A stretch of 36,465 nucleotides of DNA, from the NCBI GenBank assembly GCA_038064795.1, contig JBBTSH010000006.1, positions 1 to 36,465 on the forward strand. The letters are read 5' to 3'. The position numbers and the translations under genes were made by a program. The notes under the pieces were generated by a model that saw only the letters and a list, made by a program, of their open reading frames with translations, was not told where the DNA came from and ran no database searches. This document shows, in pieces, positions 1 through 8,594 of this stretch. The first letter of the stretch is position 1; every line of letters starts with the position of its first letter. This DNA is from Patescibacteria group bacterium. Its GTDB lineage: Bacteria; Patescibacteriota; Minisyncoccia; Phycocordibacterales; SBAW01.

Positions 1-422
1 AAATCCGCGATGCGATGAAAAAGGTGTATGAAATGAACAAAGTTGAACCCAAGATCGTTGAGGTTCCAGAGCCGCAAAAGCCAGCGCCTTCTACACCACC
101 TACGCCCACTCCTCTGGCGTCAGCGCTGCCGATTACCCCCAACCCCCCCGCGCCTGTACCTGCTGCGCCAGTAACCTCAATAGTGTCCGCCACTATACTC
201 CCCTCAAAACCAGCCAGCCCGGCTGCCCCAACCACTTCGGCAGTGGATAACCCTGCGATGCATGCAGCAGACAAAATGCTTTCCGAACCGACAGTCTCTA
301 AAACACCTCCTGCTCCTACTGCAGAAAAATCTCCTTCAACTAATTCGGCACCACCGCAAGCAAATTCAGGACAAGTAAAAAGCTACACCACTGACCCCTA
401 TCGCGAGCCACCCTTGCCCTAA
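1..422 (+). CDS. C-terminal part of a Pro/Ala/Thr/Ser-rich low-complexity protein (5' end probably outside window)
   Basis: Reading frame is open from the window edge (codons from nt 3: I-R-D-A-M...). Stop TAA at 420-422. Long PxP/APA low-complexity tract with no recognisable domain. Confidence 0.4.
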   Translation, partial: IRDAMKKVYEMNKVEPKIVEVPEPQKPAPSTPPTPTPLASALPITPNPPAPVPAAPVTSIVSATILPSKPASPAAPTTSAVDNPAMHAADKMLSEPTVSKTPPAPTAEKSPSTNSAPPQANSGQVKSYTTDPYREPPLP

Positions 423-424
423 CA

Positions 425-3196
425 CTAGACAGTATCCCCGGCGAGCATTGAGGCGTCTTGAGAAACAAGAGAAAGGCTGCGTGCGATTTCTGCATCGATT
501 TCCGCGCGCGGTTTGCCGTATTTGCGATATGACTGTTGTTTCATCTCTTCCACGTTCGAGAGACGCACTGTTTCAAAGGGCAGTGTTTCGATATTAAAGG
601 GCTGTGCCGGCTTGCCGCCGATGAGCAGCTTCAGATACGCATGAAAGTTGTCGATGCGCATCAGGTCGGCCGCGCTAAACTGCGGTGCAAAGTGCTTTTC
701 CAAAAACTCGGCGTCATCGGCGCCGATGCGGAAGACGCACAACGACCCTATGTTGCCGAACACCGCATCGCGGATATCCTCGGTGAGTTGCGCAATAAAT
801 TGGTGTGCCACGGTGAGCGAAAGTTTGTATTTGCGCGCTTCCGAAAGAATGGTGGCGATAGACGGCGTCGCAAAATTTTGAAATTCGTCGATGTGGAGAT
901 AGAAGGGGGGCAACTCTTTGCCGAAGGAGTCCGCCCGCGAGAGCGCCGCGATAAGAAATTTGCCGACAATCACCAACCCCAAAAGATTTGCATTAAGATC
1001 TCCCAAGCGGCCTTTGGCAAGATTCACCAGCAGAATTTTGCGGTTATCCATCACTTCGCGAAAATCAAAAGCGGATTTTTGCTGCGCGATAATGGGGCGG
1101 ACAAACTCGTTTGCGGTAAAGGCATCGAATTTGCTCGTGACATAGGGTCCGTAATTTTGGAGCCCCTGCTCGCCGGTGGCCTGTTCGGCAATACCCTCCC
1201 AAAAACGCTTTACGATTGGATTTTTGCACACGGCCAGCTTGCGCGTACGAAACCCCGCGTCGCTAAACACGCGTGAAATGTCTAAGAGCGTATTCCCCGA
1301 TGCGGGGTCCGACATGACAAGGAGCGCCGCGTTGCGGAAATATTGTTCAAACGCGGGACCTATGCTCTCGGGGATGGCGCCGAATAATTTTTTAAATATG
1401 CCGATGAGTTCGTCCACGACGAGCGACTGCTGCTCGGGGCGTGCGGGATCATACTCGAGCATGTTGAGTCCCATGGGATTTTCCGTATACGCCGGATCAA
1501 AGTAAATGACGTCTTGTGCGCGCTCGGGCGGCACGGCACCTAAAATGTCGAGTACGTCCGTACCGTGCGGATCGATGAAGCACACGCCCGCTCCGGCGCG
1601 AATGTCCTGAATAATTATGTTTTTAAGGAGCGCGGATTTGCCGGTGCCGGTTTGCCCAACCAAATAAAAATGGCGCAGCCGATCGTCGGGCTGCAGGTAC
1701 ACCTTGGTTTCGCCACCGCGAAAACGGTTAATACCAAGCAGTGTCCCGGTTTGCGGCAAGCCCACGGGAGGAGCGGCAACGTGTCCTTGCTCTTGCTTCA
1801 ATGCCGGAGCGGCCTCCCGGATGCCCGCGCGCGGCAGGTGGGCGAGGCTTGCCATCTCGGCGCAGGAGAGCGGAATTCCCTCGCCCTGCAGCCGGTACGA
1901 AAAGTCGTGTGCAAACTTCTGCATGCCGCGCGCGGACACGGCCGCAAACTCGAGTTCATTGCCGGCGGTGTCTGCAAATTGCTGAAAGGGCGCCTCAATA
2001 TCTTGCAGAATAGCCTCCGCACGCTCGCGCGATGCAGCTGAGGCAACCAAGCGCACCGTGGCATGCAGCAGAGGACTCGACACTTTTTGCTCGATATTTT
2101 TCATACGCGGATCATCCGCGCCTGGGCGTTTGTCTGGCGATATGTTTTTTGAACTGCTGAAAAAATTTGAAAATTCCTGCACCACGCGGACGATGCCGGT
2201 TTGAATGTTCGTCGCGCGCTTCAAGGGTACGCCCCGACGCACCTGTTCAAGCGCGTATGTGTAGCGTTTGAGCAGTCCGCGGTCGGTGGGGGAGATGACA
2301 AATTGCAGTGCGGCGCCCTCGCCGCGCGCGTCAAGTTTTGAAAATGCGTTTACTACGACATCGAGAGGGTCGTTAGGAAACGATTCGAACGTGCGCAGCG
2401 AATAAATAGGCCGCTCTTTAAACGAGGCGCTCGCGGCGACGTTGACCGCACCTTCTACAAACGCATTGTAGTCGTCGCGCCGCTCGCGCAAGAGCGCCTG
2501 CGGGAAAATGCCGAGTAATTGCTTCTCAAACAGTTCTTTGCGCTTTTTAGGCACGGCGATATAGAGACTTGTTTCGACCGTTCCGGCCGGATTGGCGATC
2601 TCAAACGAAAAATATTCACCGCTTTTTTCGCTGAGCTGCAGCATCCCGCGGTAAAACTGCTCCATCAGCGCGATAAAATCGCGCATTACTTTTTGCGGGT
2701 CCAGCGTGGTTTCGGCCATTTCGGTTTGAGGCAGGGTAACCTCATAGAGCGTCATCGAAAGCGCCGCTTTGTATGTTTTAGCCTCTGCTCCCACGGCAGG
2801 CAGTCCTTCGCGCACATATTCGGCCAAAATCCTATGAAAATCGTCGATCAAGTGCGGGTTTGCGCTCTTTTCGGCCGCTTTTACGGCTGCGGAAACGCCA
2901 TATTCCTGCAAAATACCGATGAGTTCTCCCATGCGGGAGTCATGTTCTTCAGGGCTAAGCTCAAGCGTGAGAGCTCCTGCCTCAGGTTGAGGCGCCTGGG
3001 GGGCCATCGCGCGCCACTGCTCGCTGACGCTTTTTTGCAACGCCGCTTCGCGCGACGAAAGCTTTGGCAGGCCTTGCGCGTGCAGTTCGCGCTCAAGCTC
3101 ACTCGTGCGAGCGCGTAATTGCATCAATTCCGCCTGTGCCGCCGGAGCATGCAGAAGCTTTTCGCGCGCTGTTTCCATGTACTTAGTATATAGCAA
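425..3196 (-). CDS. VirD4/TraD/TraG-like type IV coupling-protein-family P-loop ATPase with a long soluble N-terminal region
   Basis: Walker A GQTGTGKS sits in the context RHFYLVGQTGTGKSALLKNIIIQDI..GVCFIDPHGT. Walker B-like FYLHIDEFQNF and a C-terminal SLTVAHQF motif are typical of the TraD/VirD4 family. No hydrophobic 20-aa segment in the first ~480 aa. The track start at 3196 is TTG. The ATG at 3178 (M7) sits 6 nt after a TATACT hexamer and may be the real start. Confidence 0.75.
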   Translation of the reverse strand: MLYTKYMETAREKLLHAPAAQAELMQLRARTSELERELHAQGLPKLSSREAALQKSVSEQWRAMAPQAPQPEAGALTLELSPEEHDSRMGELIGILQEYGVSAAVKAAEKSANPHLIDDFHRILAEYVREGLPAVGAEAKTYKAALSMTLYEVTLPQTEMAETTLDPQKVMRDFIALMEQFYRGMLQLSEKSGEYFSFEIANPAGTVETSLYIAVPKKRKELFEKQLLGIFPQALLRERRDDYNAFVEGAVNVAASASFKERPIYSLRTFESFPNDPLDVVVNAFSKLDARGEGAALQFVISPTDRGLLKRYTYALEQVRRGVPLKRATNIQTGIVRVVQEFSNFFSSSKNISPDKRPGADDPRMKNIEQKVSSPLLHATVRLVASAASRERAEAILQDIEAPFQQFADTAGNELEFAAVSARGMQKFAHDFSYRLQGEGIPLSCAEMASLAHLPRAGIREAAPALKQEQGHVAAPPVGLPQTGTLLGINRFRGGETKVYLQPDDRLRHFYLVGQTGTGKSALLKNIIIQDIRAGAGVCFIDPHGTDVLDILGAVPPERAQDVIYFDPAYTENPMGLNMLEYDPARPEQQSLVVDELIGIFKKLFGAIPESIGPAFEQYFRNAALLVMSDPASGNTLLDISRVFSDAGFRTRKLAVCKNPIVKRFWEGIAEQATGEQGLQNYGPYVTSKFDAFTANEFVRPIIAQQKSAFDFREVMDNRKILLVNLAKGRLGDLNANLLGLVIVGKFLIAALSRADSFGKELPPFYLHIDEFQNFATPSIATILSEARKYKLSLTVAHQFIAQLTEDIRDAVFGNIGSLCVFRIGADDAEFLEKHFAPQFSAADLMRIDNFHAYLKLLIGGKPAQPFNIETLPFETVRLSNVEEMKQQSYRKYGKPRAEIDAEIARSLSLVSQDASMLAGDTV

Positions 3197-3222
3197 GGTG
3201 AAGGGGTTTTTTGAGATATACT
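3185..3222. promoter_or_regulatory. Back-to-back divergent -10-like hexamers for the VirD4-like gene and the prgI-like operon (leaderless configuration)
   Basis: Minus strand: TATACT (3185-3190) + 6 nt + ATG (3178-3176). Plus strand: TATACT (3217-3222) + 7 nt + ATG (3230). No Shine-Dalgarno in either spacer. Confidence 0.4.
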
Positions 3223-3229
3223 ATAGGTA

Positions 3230-3673
3230 ATGCAGTACCAGGTTCCTCAATTTATCGAAGTTGAAGATAAGATTTTCGGTCCGCTGACCCTCAAGCAGTT
3301 CATTTATGTCGCGGGTGGTGGTGGGTTGTGTCTTATTTTCTTTACGCTTCTCAATTTTTATATCGCCATCATCCTCTCCGTTCCCATCATAGTACTCTCG
3401 CTCGGGCTCGCGTTTTATAAATTTAACGGGAGGCCGCTCATCGTGGCGCTCGAACATGCATTTGGTTACTCGTTTGGCACCAAACTCTATCTTTGGAAAC
3501 AGCGCCCACCGTCCCCGGCAGGACCTTCGGCCGCAACACCGGCAGTGTTGGGGACGCTTCCGGTCCCCAAACTCTCGCAATCGCGGCTCAAGGATCTCGC
3601 GTGGTCGCTCAACATCAAAGATCGCGCGACCATGGGTGTCACCGACAAAGCGCGATCGGGTTTTGAGATTTAA
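3230..3673 (+). CDS. PrgI-family (VirB3-like) small membrane protein
   Basis: N-terminus MQYQVPQFIEVEDKIFGPLTLKQFIYV is followed by two hydrophobic helices, which is the PrgI-family signature as I recall it. It lies immediately upstream of VirB4-like genes. Confidence 0.7.
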   Translation: MQYQVPQFIEVEDKIFGPLTLKQFIYVAGGGGLCLIFFTLLNFYIAIILSVPIIVLSLGLAFYKFNGRPLIVALEHAFGYSFGTKLYLWKQRPPSPAGPSAATPAVLGTLPVPKLSQSRLKDLAWSLNIKDRATMGVTDKARSGFEI

Positions 3674-3678
3674 CCATC

Positions 3679-4347
3679 ATGGCTACCGCACCCAAAGCAA
3701 CCGCAACGCAGGATTTTGTCCCTATCAAAGAGGTGCGCGACGGCATCGTCATACTCAAAGACGGGAGTTTGCGCGCGCTCCTCATGGCTTCGTCGATAAA
3801 CCTGGCGCTCAAATCGCAAGACGAGCAGCAGGCCATTACGGGCCAGTTTCAAAACTTTTTAAACTCACTCGAGTTCAGCGTCCAGTTTTTTGTCGAATCG
3901 CGCGATCTGGATATCCGTCCGTACATTGCGCTGTTGGAAGAGCGTCTCGCGGCAGAGCTTGATGATTTGATGAAGATACAAATCCGCGAATATATCACCT
4001 TCATCAAAGATTTTACCGAACGCGCAAACATCATGTCGAAAAATTTCTTTATCATTGTGCCGTATGATCCGGCATTGATCGTGCGGGGCGGCGGTATAAC
4101 AGGCACGTTGGGCGCGCTCCTCCCGACGGGCGGCAAAAATGCAGCCGGGCTCACCGACGCGCAATTTGAAGAATATCGCACGCAACTCGAGCAGCGCATC
4201 TCGGTCGTCGAGCAAGGGTTGGTGCGCACCGGCGTGCGCGTTATCCCGCTTGGCACCGAGGAAGTGATCGAGCTCTTTTACAAGCTCTTTAACCCCGGCG
4301 AACTGGAAAAGCCACTGCAGGTAACGCAGATGGTTCAGCAAAAATAA
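3679..4347 (+). CDS. Hypothetical protein resembling the N-terminal (non-ATPase) domain of Gram-positive VirB4/TcpF/Orf16-type proteins
   Basis: The pattern TQDFVPIKEVRDGIVILKDGSLRALLMASSINLALKSQDEQQAI..F.NFLNSL.FSVQF matches, by eye, the start of Tn916-Orf16/TcpF-type VirB4 proteins. No Walker motifs. The stop is 2 nt before the next gene. Confidence 0.55.
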   Translation: MATAPKATATQDFVPIKEVRDGIVILKDGSLRALLMASSINLALKSQDEQQAITGQFQNFLNSLEFSVQFFVESRDLDIRPYIALLEERLAAELDDLMKIQIREYITFIKDFTERANIMSKNFFIIVPYDPALIVRGGGITGTLGALLPTGGKNAAGLTDAQFEEYRTQLEQRISVVEQGLVRTGVRVIPLGTEEVIELFYKLFNPGELEKPLQVTQMVQQK

Positions 4348-4349
4348 GT

Positions 4350-6173
4350 ATGGCGCTTTTTGACTTTTTAAAACCAAAAACTCCGGGAGGTAGTGCGCCG
4401 ATTGCTCCTATTTTACCCGAGCAAATCTACAAACAGGGAGTCTTGGAGCTGCAGGATGTCATCGCGCCTTCGGCGTTAAAAATTACGCCACGCGAAATTA
4501 ATCTCGGAGACAAAATCGCGCGCACGTTTTTCGTGATGTCATATCCGCGCGTACTCACCGATTCGTGGTTTGCGCCGATCATCAACCTCGACCGTGTCTT
4601 GGATATTTCCATTTTCGTTCACCCCATCGACTCGGCGGAAATTCTTAAAAAATTCCAAAAGAAAGTCGCCGAGGTGCAAAGCCAGATCATGTCGCGCGAA
4701 GAAAAAGGCCTCGTTCGCGATCCTATCTTGGATACCGCCTACCAAGACCTCGAGCAGCTGCGTGACCAACTGCAGCAGGCGCAAGAGCGCATCTTCGATG
4801 TCGGCGTGTACATTACTATTTACGGCGCCACCACCGAAGAGCTCGACAAGGTCGAGTCTGAAATCAAATCCATGCTCGAGTCGCGGCTCATTTATGTGAA
4901 GCCCGCGCTCTTTCAGCAAGAGCAAGGGTTCAAAAGCGTCTTGCCGCTTGGACACGATGAGCTTGGCGTCAATTCAAAACTTAATTCCTCGCCGCTCTCG
5001 TCGATTTTCCCGTTCGTGTCATTCGACCTTACCTCCGACAAAGGGATCCTGTACGGCGTTAACCGCCACAACGCGTCACTCGTGCTCTTTGACCGCTTTT
5101 CGCTCGAAAATTACAACTCGGTTATTTTTGCAAAATCAGGTTCGGGCAAATCGTACGCGACCAAGCTTGAGATCTTGCGCACGCTCATGTTCGATACCGA
5201 AGTAATCGTGATAGACCCCGAACGCGAGTATGAATTTTTGGCACAGACGGTCGGCGGGCGCTACTTTAATATTTCACTCAATTCCGAGCACCACATTAAC
5301 CCCTTTGACCTGCCACCTCCGCGCGAAGATGAGGCGCCTGCCGATATTTTGCGCAGCAACATTGTGGCGCTGGTCGGGATGTTCCGCATTATGCTCGGGG
5401 GATTAAGCCCCGAGGAGGATGCCATCATCGACAAAGCGATTACCGAGACCTATGCGCTCAAAGATATTACCGTTGATTCGAATTTTGCCGAGATAGAGCC
5501 GCCACTCCTTTCAGACTTTGAGTTGGTGTTGGCTGGCATGCAGGGAAGCGAGTCATTGGTGCAACGGCTCAGTAAATACACCAAGGGCACGTGGTCGGGG
5601 TTCATCAACCAGCCGACGAACGTCGATATCAACAAAAAGTTCGTCGTGTTTTCGGTACGCGACATGGAGGATGACCTCAAACCGGTCGCTATGTACCTTA
5701 TTACGCATTACATATGGAACGCCGTGCGCAAAACGCTCAAAAAACGCCTGCTCGTTATCGACGAGGCATGGTGGATGATGAAGTCGGAGGATACCGCCTC
5801 GTTCCTCTACGGCATGGCCAAGCGCGGGCGCAAATATTACTTGGGTCTCGCCACCATCACGCAGGACGTCGACGACTTTTTGAAGTCGCCGTATGGATTG
5901 CCGATGATCACCAACTCGTCGATTCAAATTCTTCTAAAACAATCGCCGACGACGATCGATAACCTGCAAAAAACATTCAACCTCTCCGATGAGGAGAAAT
6001 TTCTGTTGCTCGAATCGGACGTGGGGGAGGGGATTTTCTTTGCGGGACTAAAACACGTCGCGATTAAAATTATCGCCTCATACACCGAAGACCAGATTAT
6101 TACCTCCGACCCGTCGCAAGTGTTGGCGCTTAAAAAACAGCGGCAAGAGGCTGCAATGCTCTCCCAAACATGA
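4350..6173 (+). CDS. VirB4/TrsE-like conjugal-transfer-type ATPase
   Basis: Walker A AKSGSGKSYATK and Walker B LLVIDEAWWMM, then ..GRKYYLGLATITQ. The N-terminal YPR....W...I region is typical of VirB4. 607 aa. Confidence 0.85.
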   Translation: MALFDFLKPKTPGGSAPIAPILPEQIYKQGVLELQDVIAPSALKITPREINLGDKIARTFFVMSYPRVLTDSWFAPIINLDRVLDISIFVHPIDSAEILKKFQKKVAEVQSQIMSREEKGLVRDPILDTAYQDLEQLRDQLQQAQERIFDVGVYITIYGATTEELDKVESEIKSMLESRLIYVKPALFQQEQGFKSVLPLGHDELGVNSKLNSSPLSSIFPFVSFDLTSDKGILYGVNRHNASLVLFDRFSLENYNSVIFAKSGSGKSYATKLEILRTLMFDTEVIVIDPEREYEFLAQTVGGRYFNISLNSEHHINPFDLPPPREDEAPADILRSNIVALVGMFRIMLGGLSPEEDAIIDKAITETYALKDITVDSNFAEIEPPLLSDFELVLAGMQGSESLVQRLSKYTKGTWSGFINQPTNVDINKKFVVFSVRDMEDDLKPVAMYLITHYIWNAVRKTLKKRLLVIDEAWWMMKSEDTASFLYGMAKRGRKYYLGLATITQDVDDFLKSPYGLPMITNSSIQILLKQSPTTIDNLQKTFNLSDEEKFLLLESDVGEGIFFAGLKHVAIKIIASYTEDQIITSDPSQVLALKKQRQEAAMLSQT

Positions 6174-6847
6174 AATATTTTTTGGTTATAGGATATGCGC
6201 TTTTTCTTGACGGGCTGCAGGCGGGGATTTCGTTTGCGCTCGCGGGGTTCATGGGCACTATCGGCGGGAGTGTCGGTGGCGTGATTGCCTGCAAAAATTT
6301 GCTGCCGAGCGTCTTGCAATTTGATTGGGTAACAGCCGCCTGTGCCGCGGGCGGAGGATTTATCGGTACTGCCGCAAACCCAGCACTAATTCCTGTCGGT
6401 ATTGCAATTGGGTTTGTAGTGAATATCTGTCTTTCACTTACCGTTGGTTCCGGACTTATTTTGCTGCTCGTCTCGGTATGCGGTTGGAAGTCGGTGCAAA
6501 AATATCTTATGCCCGGATTCATCGGCGACACCATCCCCGGGATAAACAACCTCCCGTTTTGGACATTTCTTGCTATCGCTTCGTGTTGGCAACACGCCTC
6601 GCAAAAGGGAGAGCTCGGTGTTGTGGGAAAGGCTGTAGGAATCGCAACAGCACCTACGCGCGGTATTATGAGTTTGAAAGAGAAAACTATGGACGTGCCC
6701 CGAGTTAAAAAAACGTTTGCTGTCGCAGGGATACAGCAGACACGTGTACAACAACCACAAACTAGAGAGGAGTTGGTCAACACTGCAATGGACACGATGC
6801 CTCGGCCGCGCAAGATTGTGCGGGACATCTTACCTAAAACCACATGA
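6170..6847 (+). CDS. Gly-rich polytopic membrane protein (hypothetical; possible channel component)
   Basis: ATGA overlaps with both neighbours (6170-6173 and 6844-6847) indicate translational coupling. At least four hydrophobic Gly/Ala-rich segments. The equally long antisense ORF was rejected. Confidence 0.65.
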   Translation: MKYFLVIGYALFLDGLQAGISFALAGFMGTIGGSVGGVIACKNLLPSVLQFDWVTAACAAGGGFIGTAANPALIPVGIAIGFVVNICLSLTVGSGLILLLVSVCGWKSVQKYLMPGFIGDTIPGINNLPFWTFLAIASCWQHASQKGELGVVGKAVGIATAPTRGIMSLKEKTMDVPRVKKTFAVAGIQQTRVQQPQTREELVNTAMDTMPRPRKIVRDILPKTT

Positions 6848-7866
6848 AGCAATTACGCAACATAGTTTTCATCGGGGCGCTTTTGATCACACCGCTTATT
6901 TCATCGGCCCAACTTGTGTCCGAGCCTGTGCAATATCTCGTGGCGCCTGAAACCCCCGGCCCCAACGAGCAGGTCGTTATTAAAATTGAAGGAGTCGGAA
7001 CGTTTTTGGGGGACTCTACCATCACCTGGAGGGAGAACGGGAGTATAAAACTCACCGGCGTCGGCGAGCGAACCTATAGATTCGTGACGGGCGCGCTCGG
7101 TTCTCAAACAAGTATCACTGTCAGCATTAATTCGGCATCGCAAGGGCTGATAGAGCGGAGCCTTCTCTTTCGTCCATCGGTAGTAAATCTCATCTGGGAG
7201 GCGGACACTACCGCACCGCTGTTTTACCGTGGCAAGCCGCTTTACAGCGCCGGTGCGGAGCTCAAGGTGGTTGCGTTCCCCACCGTAATCATCAACAAAT
7301 CACTCGTTGCGCCGCAGAGTCTTTCGTTTCAATGGTCGCGGGGCGACGAACCTGCTCCGGATCAATCGGGGCTCGGCCGGAACACCTTTAGTTTTACCGG
7401 CGATCAACTGCAAAATGCCGAGACTGTTTCTGTGGATGTGTATTTTGGCACGGCACGCGTAGGACACGGGAGGATCACTATCCCCGCACAAGACCCTCTC
7501 ATTCTTTTGTATAGTCGCGACCCGCTGCGCGGCGAAATAGTAGATACCGCCTTCCCTGGAGCGATCTCACTTTTGGCCAAAGAAATTACTATCCAAGCCG
7601 AACCGTATTTCTTTTCTCGCAACAGTGGAGCGGCGGGGCTTCTGGGATACACCTGGACGTTGAATAATGAGGAAATAGTGGGCCCCGAATCGGCACGTGG
7701 ACTTTTGACGCTGCGCCAAACCGGCGAAGGGGGGGGCGGCGCCACACTGCAAGTAAATGTGCAAAACAACGACCCAGACAAACTGGTGCAGGCCGCACAA
7801 GCGGGAGTTGAAATTATTTTCGGCGCCAGCGCATCTTCTGCACTATCATCTTTCTTTGGCCTATGA
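6844..7866 (+). CDS. Secreted or surface protein with signal peptide and three tandem beta-rich repeats
   Basis: N-terminal signal-like MKQLRNIVFIGALLITPLISSAQ. Three ~100-aa modules share the pattern [ST]-x-x-W...T-[FYL]-x-[FL]...[ST]-[IVL]-x-V (ITWRENG / SFQWSRGD / YTWTLNNE). Short hydrophobic C-terminal tail. Confidence 0.65.
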   Translation: MKQLRNIVFIGALLITPLISSAQLVSEPVQYLVAPETPGPNEQVVIKIEGVGTFLGDSTITWRENGSIKLTGVGERTYRFVTGALGSQTSITVSINSASQGLIERSLLFRPSVVNLIWEADTTAPLFYRGKPLYSAGAELKVVAFPTVIINKSLVAPQSLSFQWSRGDEPAPDQSGLGRNTFSFTGDQLQNAETVSVDVYFGTARVGHGRITIPAQDPLILLYSRDPLRGEIVDTAFPGAISLLAKEITIQAEPYFFSRNSGAAGLLGYTWTLNNEEIVGPESARGLLTLRQTGEGGGGATLQVNVQNNDPDKLVQAAQAGVEIIFGASASSALSSFFGL

Positions 7867-7933
7867 ATCCCGTTAGAAATAAAAAATTAAAAATTTTTGC
7901 CAACTCGAATTCGAGTTGGATTTCTAACGGGAT
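7867..7933 (+). promoter_or_regulatory. Nested perfect inverted repeats (stem-loop) immediately upstream of the pilin-like gene
   Basis: The outer 14-nt arms 7867-7880 (atcccgttagaaat) and 7920-7933 (atttctaacgggat) are perfectly complementary, and the 3' arm includes the AT of the ATG at 7932. The inner 20-nt perfect palindrome ccaactcgaattcgagttgg lies at 7900-7919. Confidence 0.6.
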
Positions 7934-8591
7934 GAAAAAACTTTTTATACTGATCAGTCTTTTGCTTATAGCGCATGGTGCGGCTGCAGCAGTATATGTA
8001 GATCCGTATAATGCAGCTCTTTCTAACCAAGCAGGGACCCTTACTCCGAATTCGAGCTGGGTCTCACTGACTCCGACAAATCAGTTGCAACAATTCCAGG
8101 CGCAGCAAAAAGCCGGATCCGGCAATCTCAACTACACGCCGCTGGAGCCGTTTTATGCATATGAGTCTGCAGACATCAATACCAATAATTTTGCAAGTAT
8201 CTTTAACAATATCTTTAAATTACTGATTGCCTTTGGCGCCCTGGTTGCCGTGGTAACCATGGTGATCGGTGGGGTGATGTACATGACCTCGGAAGCCACG
8301 GGGACTAAAGCCGAGGCGAAAAAGCGCATGTTAAATTCTGTCTACGGCTTAGTGTTGCTTGCGGCGTCGTATCTCATTTTAAGCACCATTAATCCTCAAT
8401 TACTGACCATTAAACTCGCTCCGGAAACAATTACAGGGAATCAAACTCCGATTACTACTTCGCAACAACAAAATGCAGCATTAACCAATGCTACCCAAGC
8501 CGATATAACTGATTGTGAAATTGGCACCAATGGACAAGTGACCGGTCGTCATTTGTTTCCTCTCAGTACGGGAGGATTTGAATGTAGATAA
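7932..8591 (+). CDS. T4SS pilin-like protein (VirB2/TrbC-type topology)
   Basis: Signal peptide MKKLFILISLLLIAHGAAAA. Two hydrophobic helices, FKLLIAFGALVAVVTMVIGGVMYM and VYGLVLLAASYLILSTI, are separated by a short charged loop (EATGTKAEAKKR), as in VirB2/T4SS-pilin proteins. C-terminal Cys pair. The longer ORF from 7863 would run through the inverted repeat. Confidence 0.65.
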   Translation: MKKLFILISLLLIAHGAAAAVYVDPYNAALSNQAGTLTPNSSWVSLTPTNQLQQFQAQQKAGSGNLNYTPLEPFYAYESADINTNNFASIFNNIFKLLIAFGALVAVVTMVIGGVMYMTSEATGTKAEAKKRMLNSVYGLVLLAASYLILSTINPQLLTIKLAPETITGNQTPITTSQQQNAALTNATQADITDCEIGTNGQVTGRHLFPLSTGGFECR

Positions 8592-8594
8592 TAT

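Noticed and set aside
536-1276. 246-aa plus-strand ORF, with several shorter ones between 648 and 3118, inside the VirD4-like gene
   Set aside because: They are antisense to a gene with clear Walker A/B motifs. Their composition is Arg/Cys/His-rich and low-complexity, typical of shadow ORFs in GC-rich coding DNA. No start-site signals.
6130-6852. 240-aa minus-strand ORF mirroring the Gly-rich membrane protein gene
   Set aside because: The plus-strand ORF is translationally coupled (ATGA overlaps) to both neighbours and encodes coherent TM helices. The minus ORF would sit antisense inside a co-directional operon and has Cys/Pro/Thr-rich shadow composition.
7863-7931. Upstream ATG at 7863 as the start of the pilin-like gene (242-aa version in the ORF track)
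   Set aside because: The extra 23 codons run through the nested perfect inverted repeats and give a non-signal-like N-terminus (MNPVRNKKLKIFANSNSSWISNG). The ATG at 7932 yields a canonical signal peptide.
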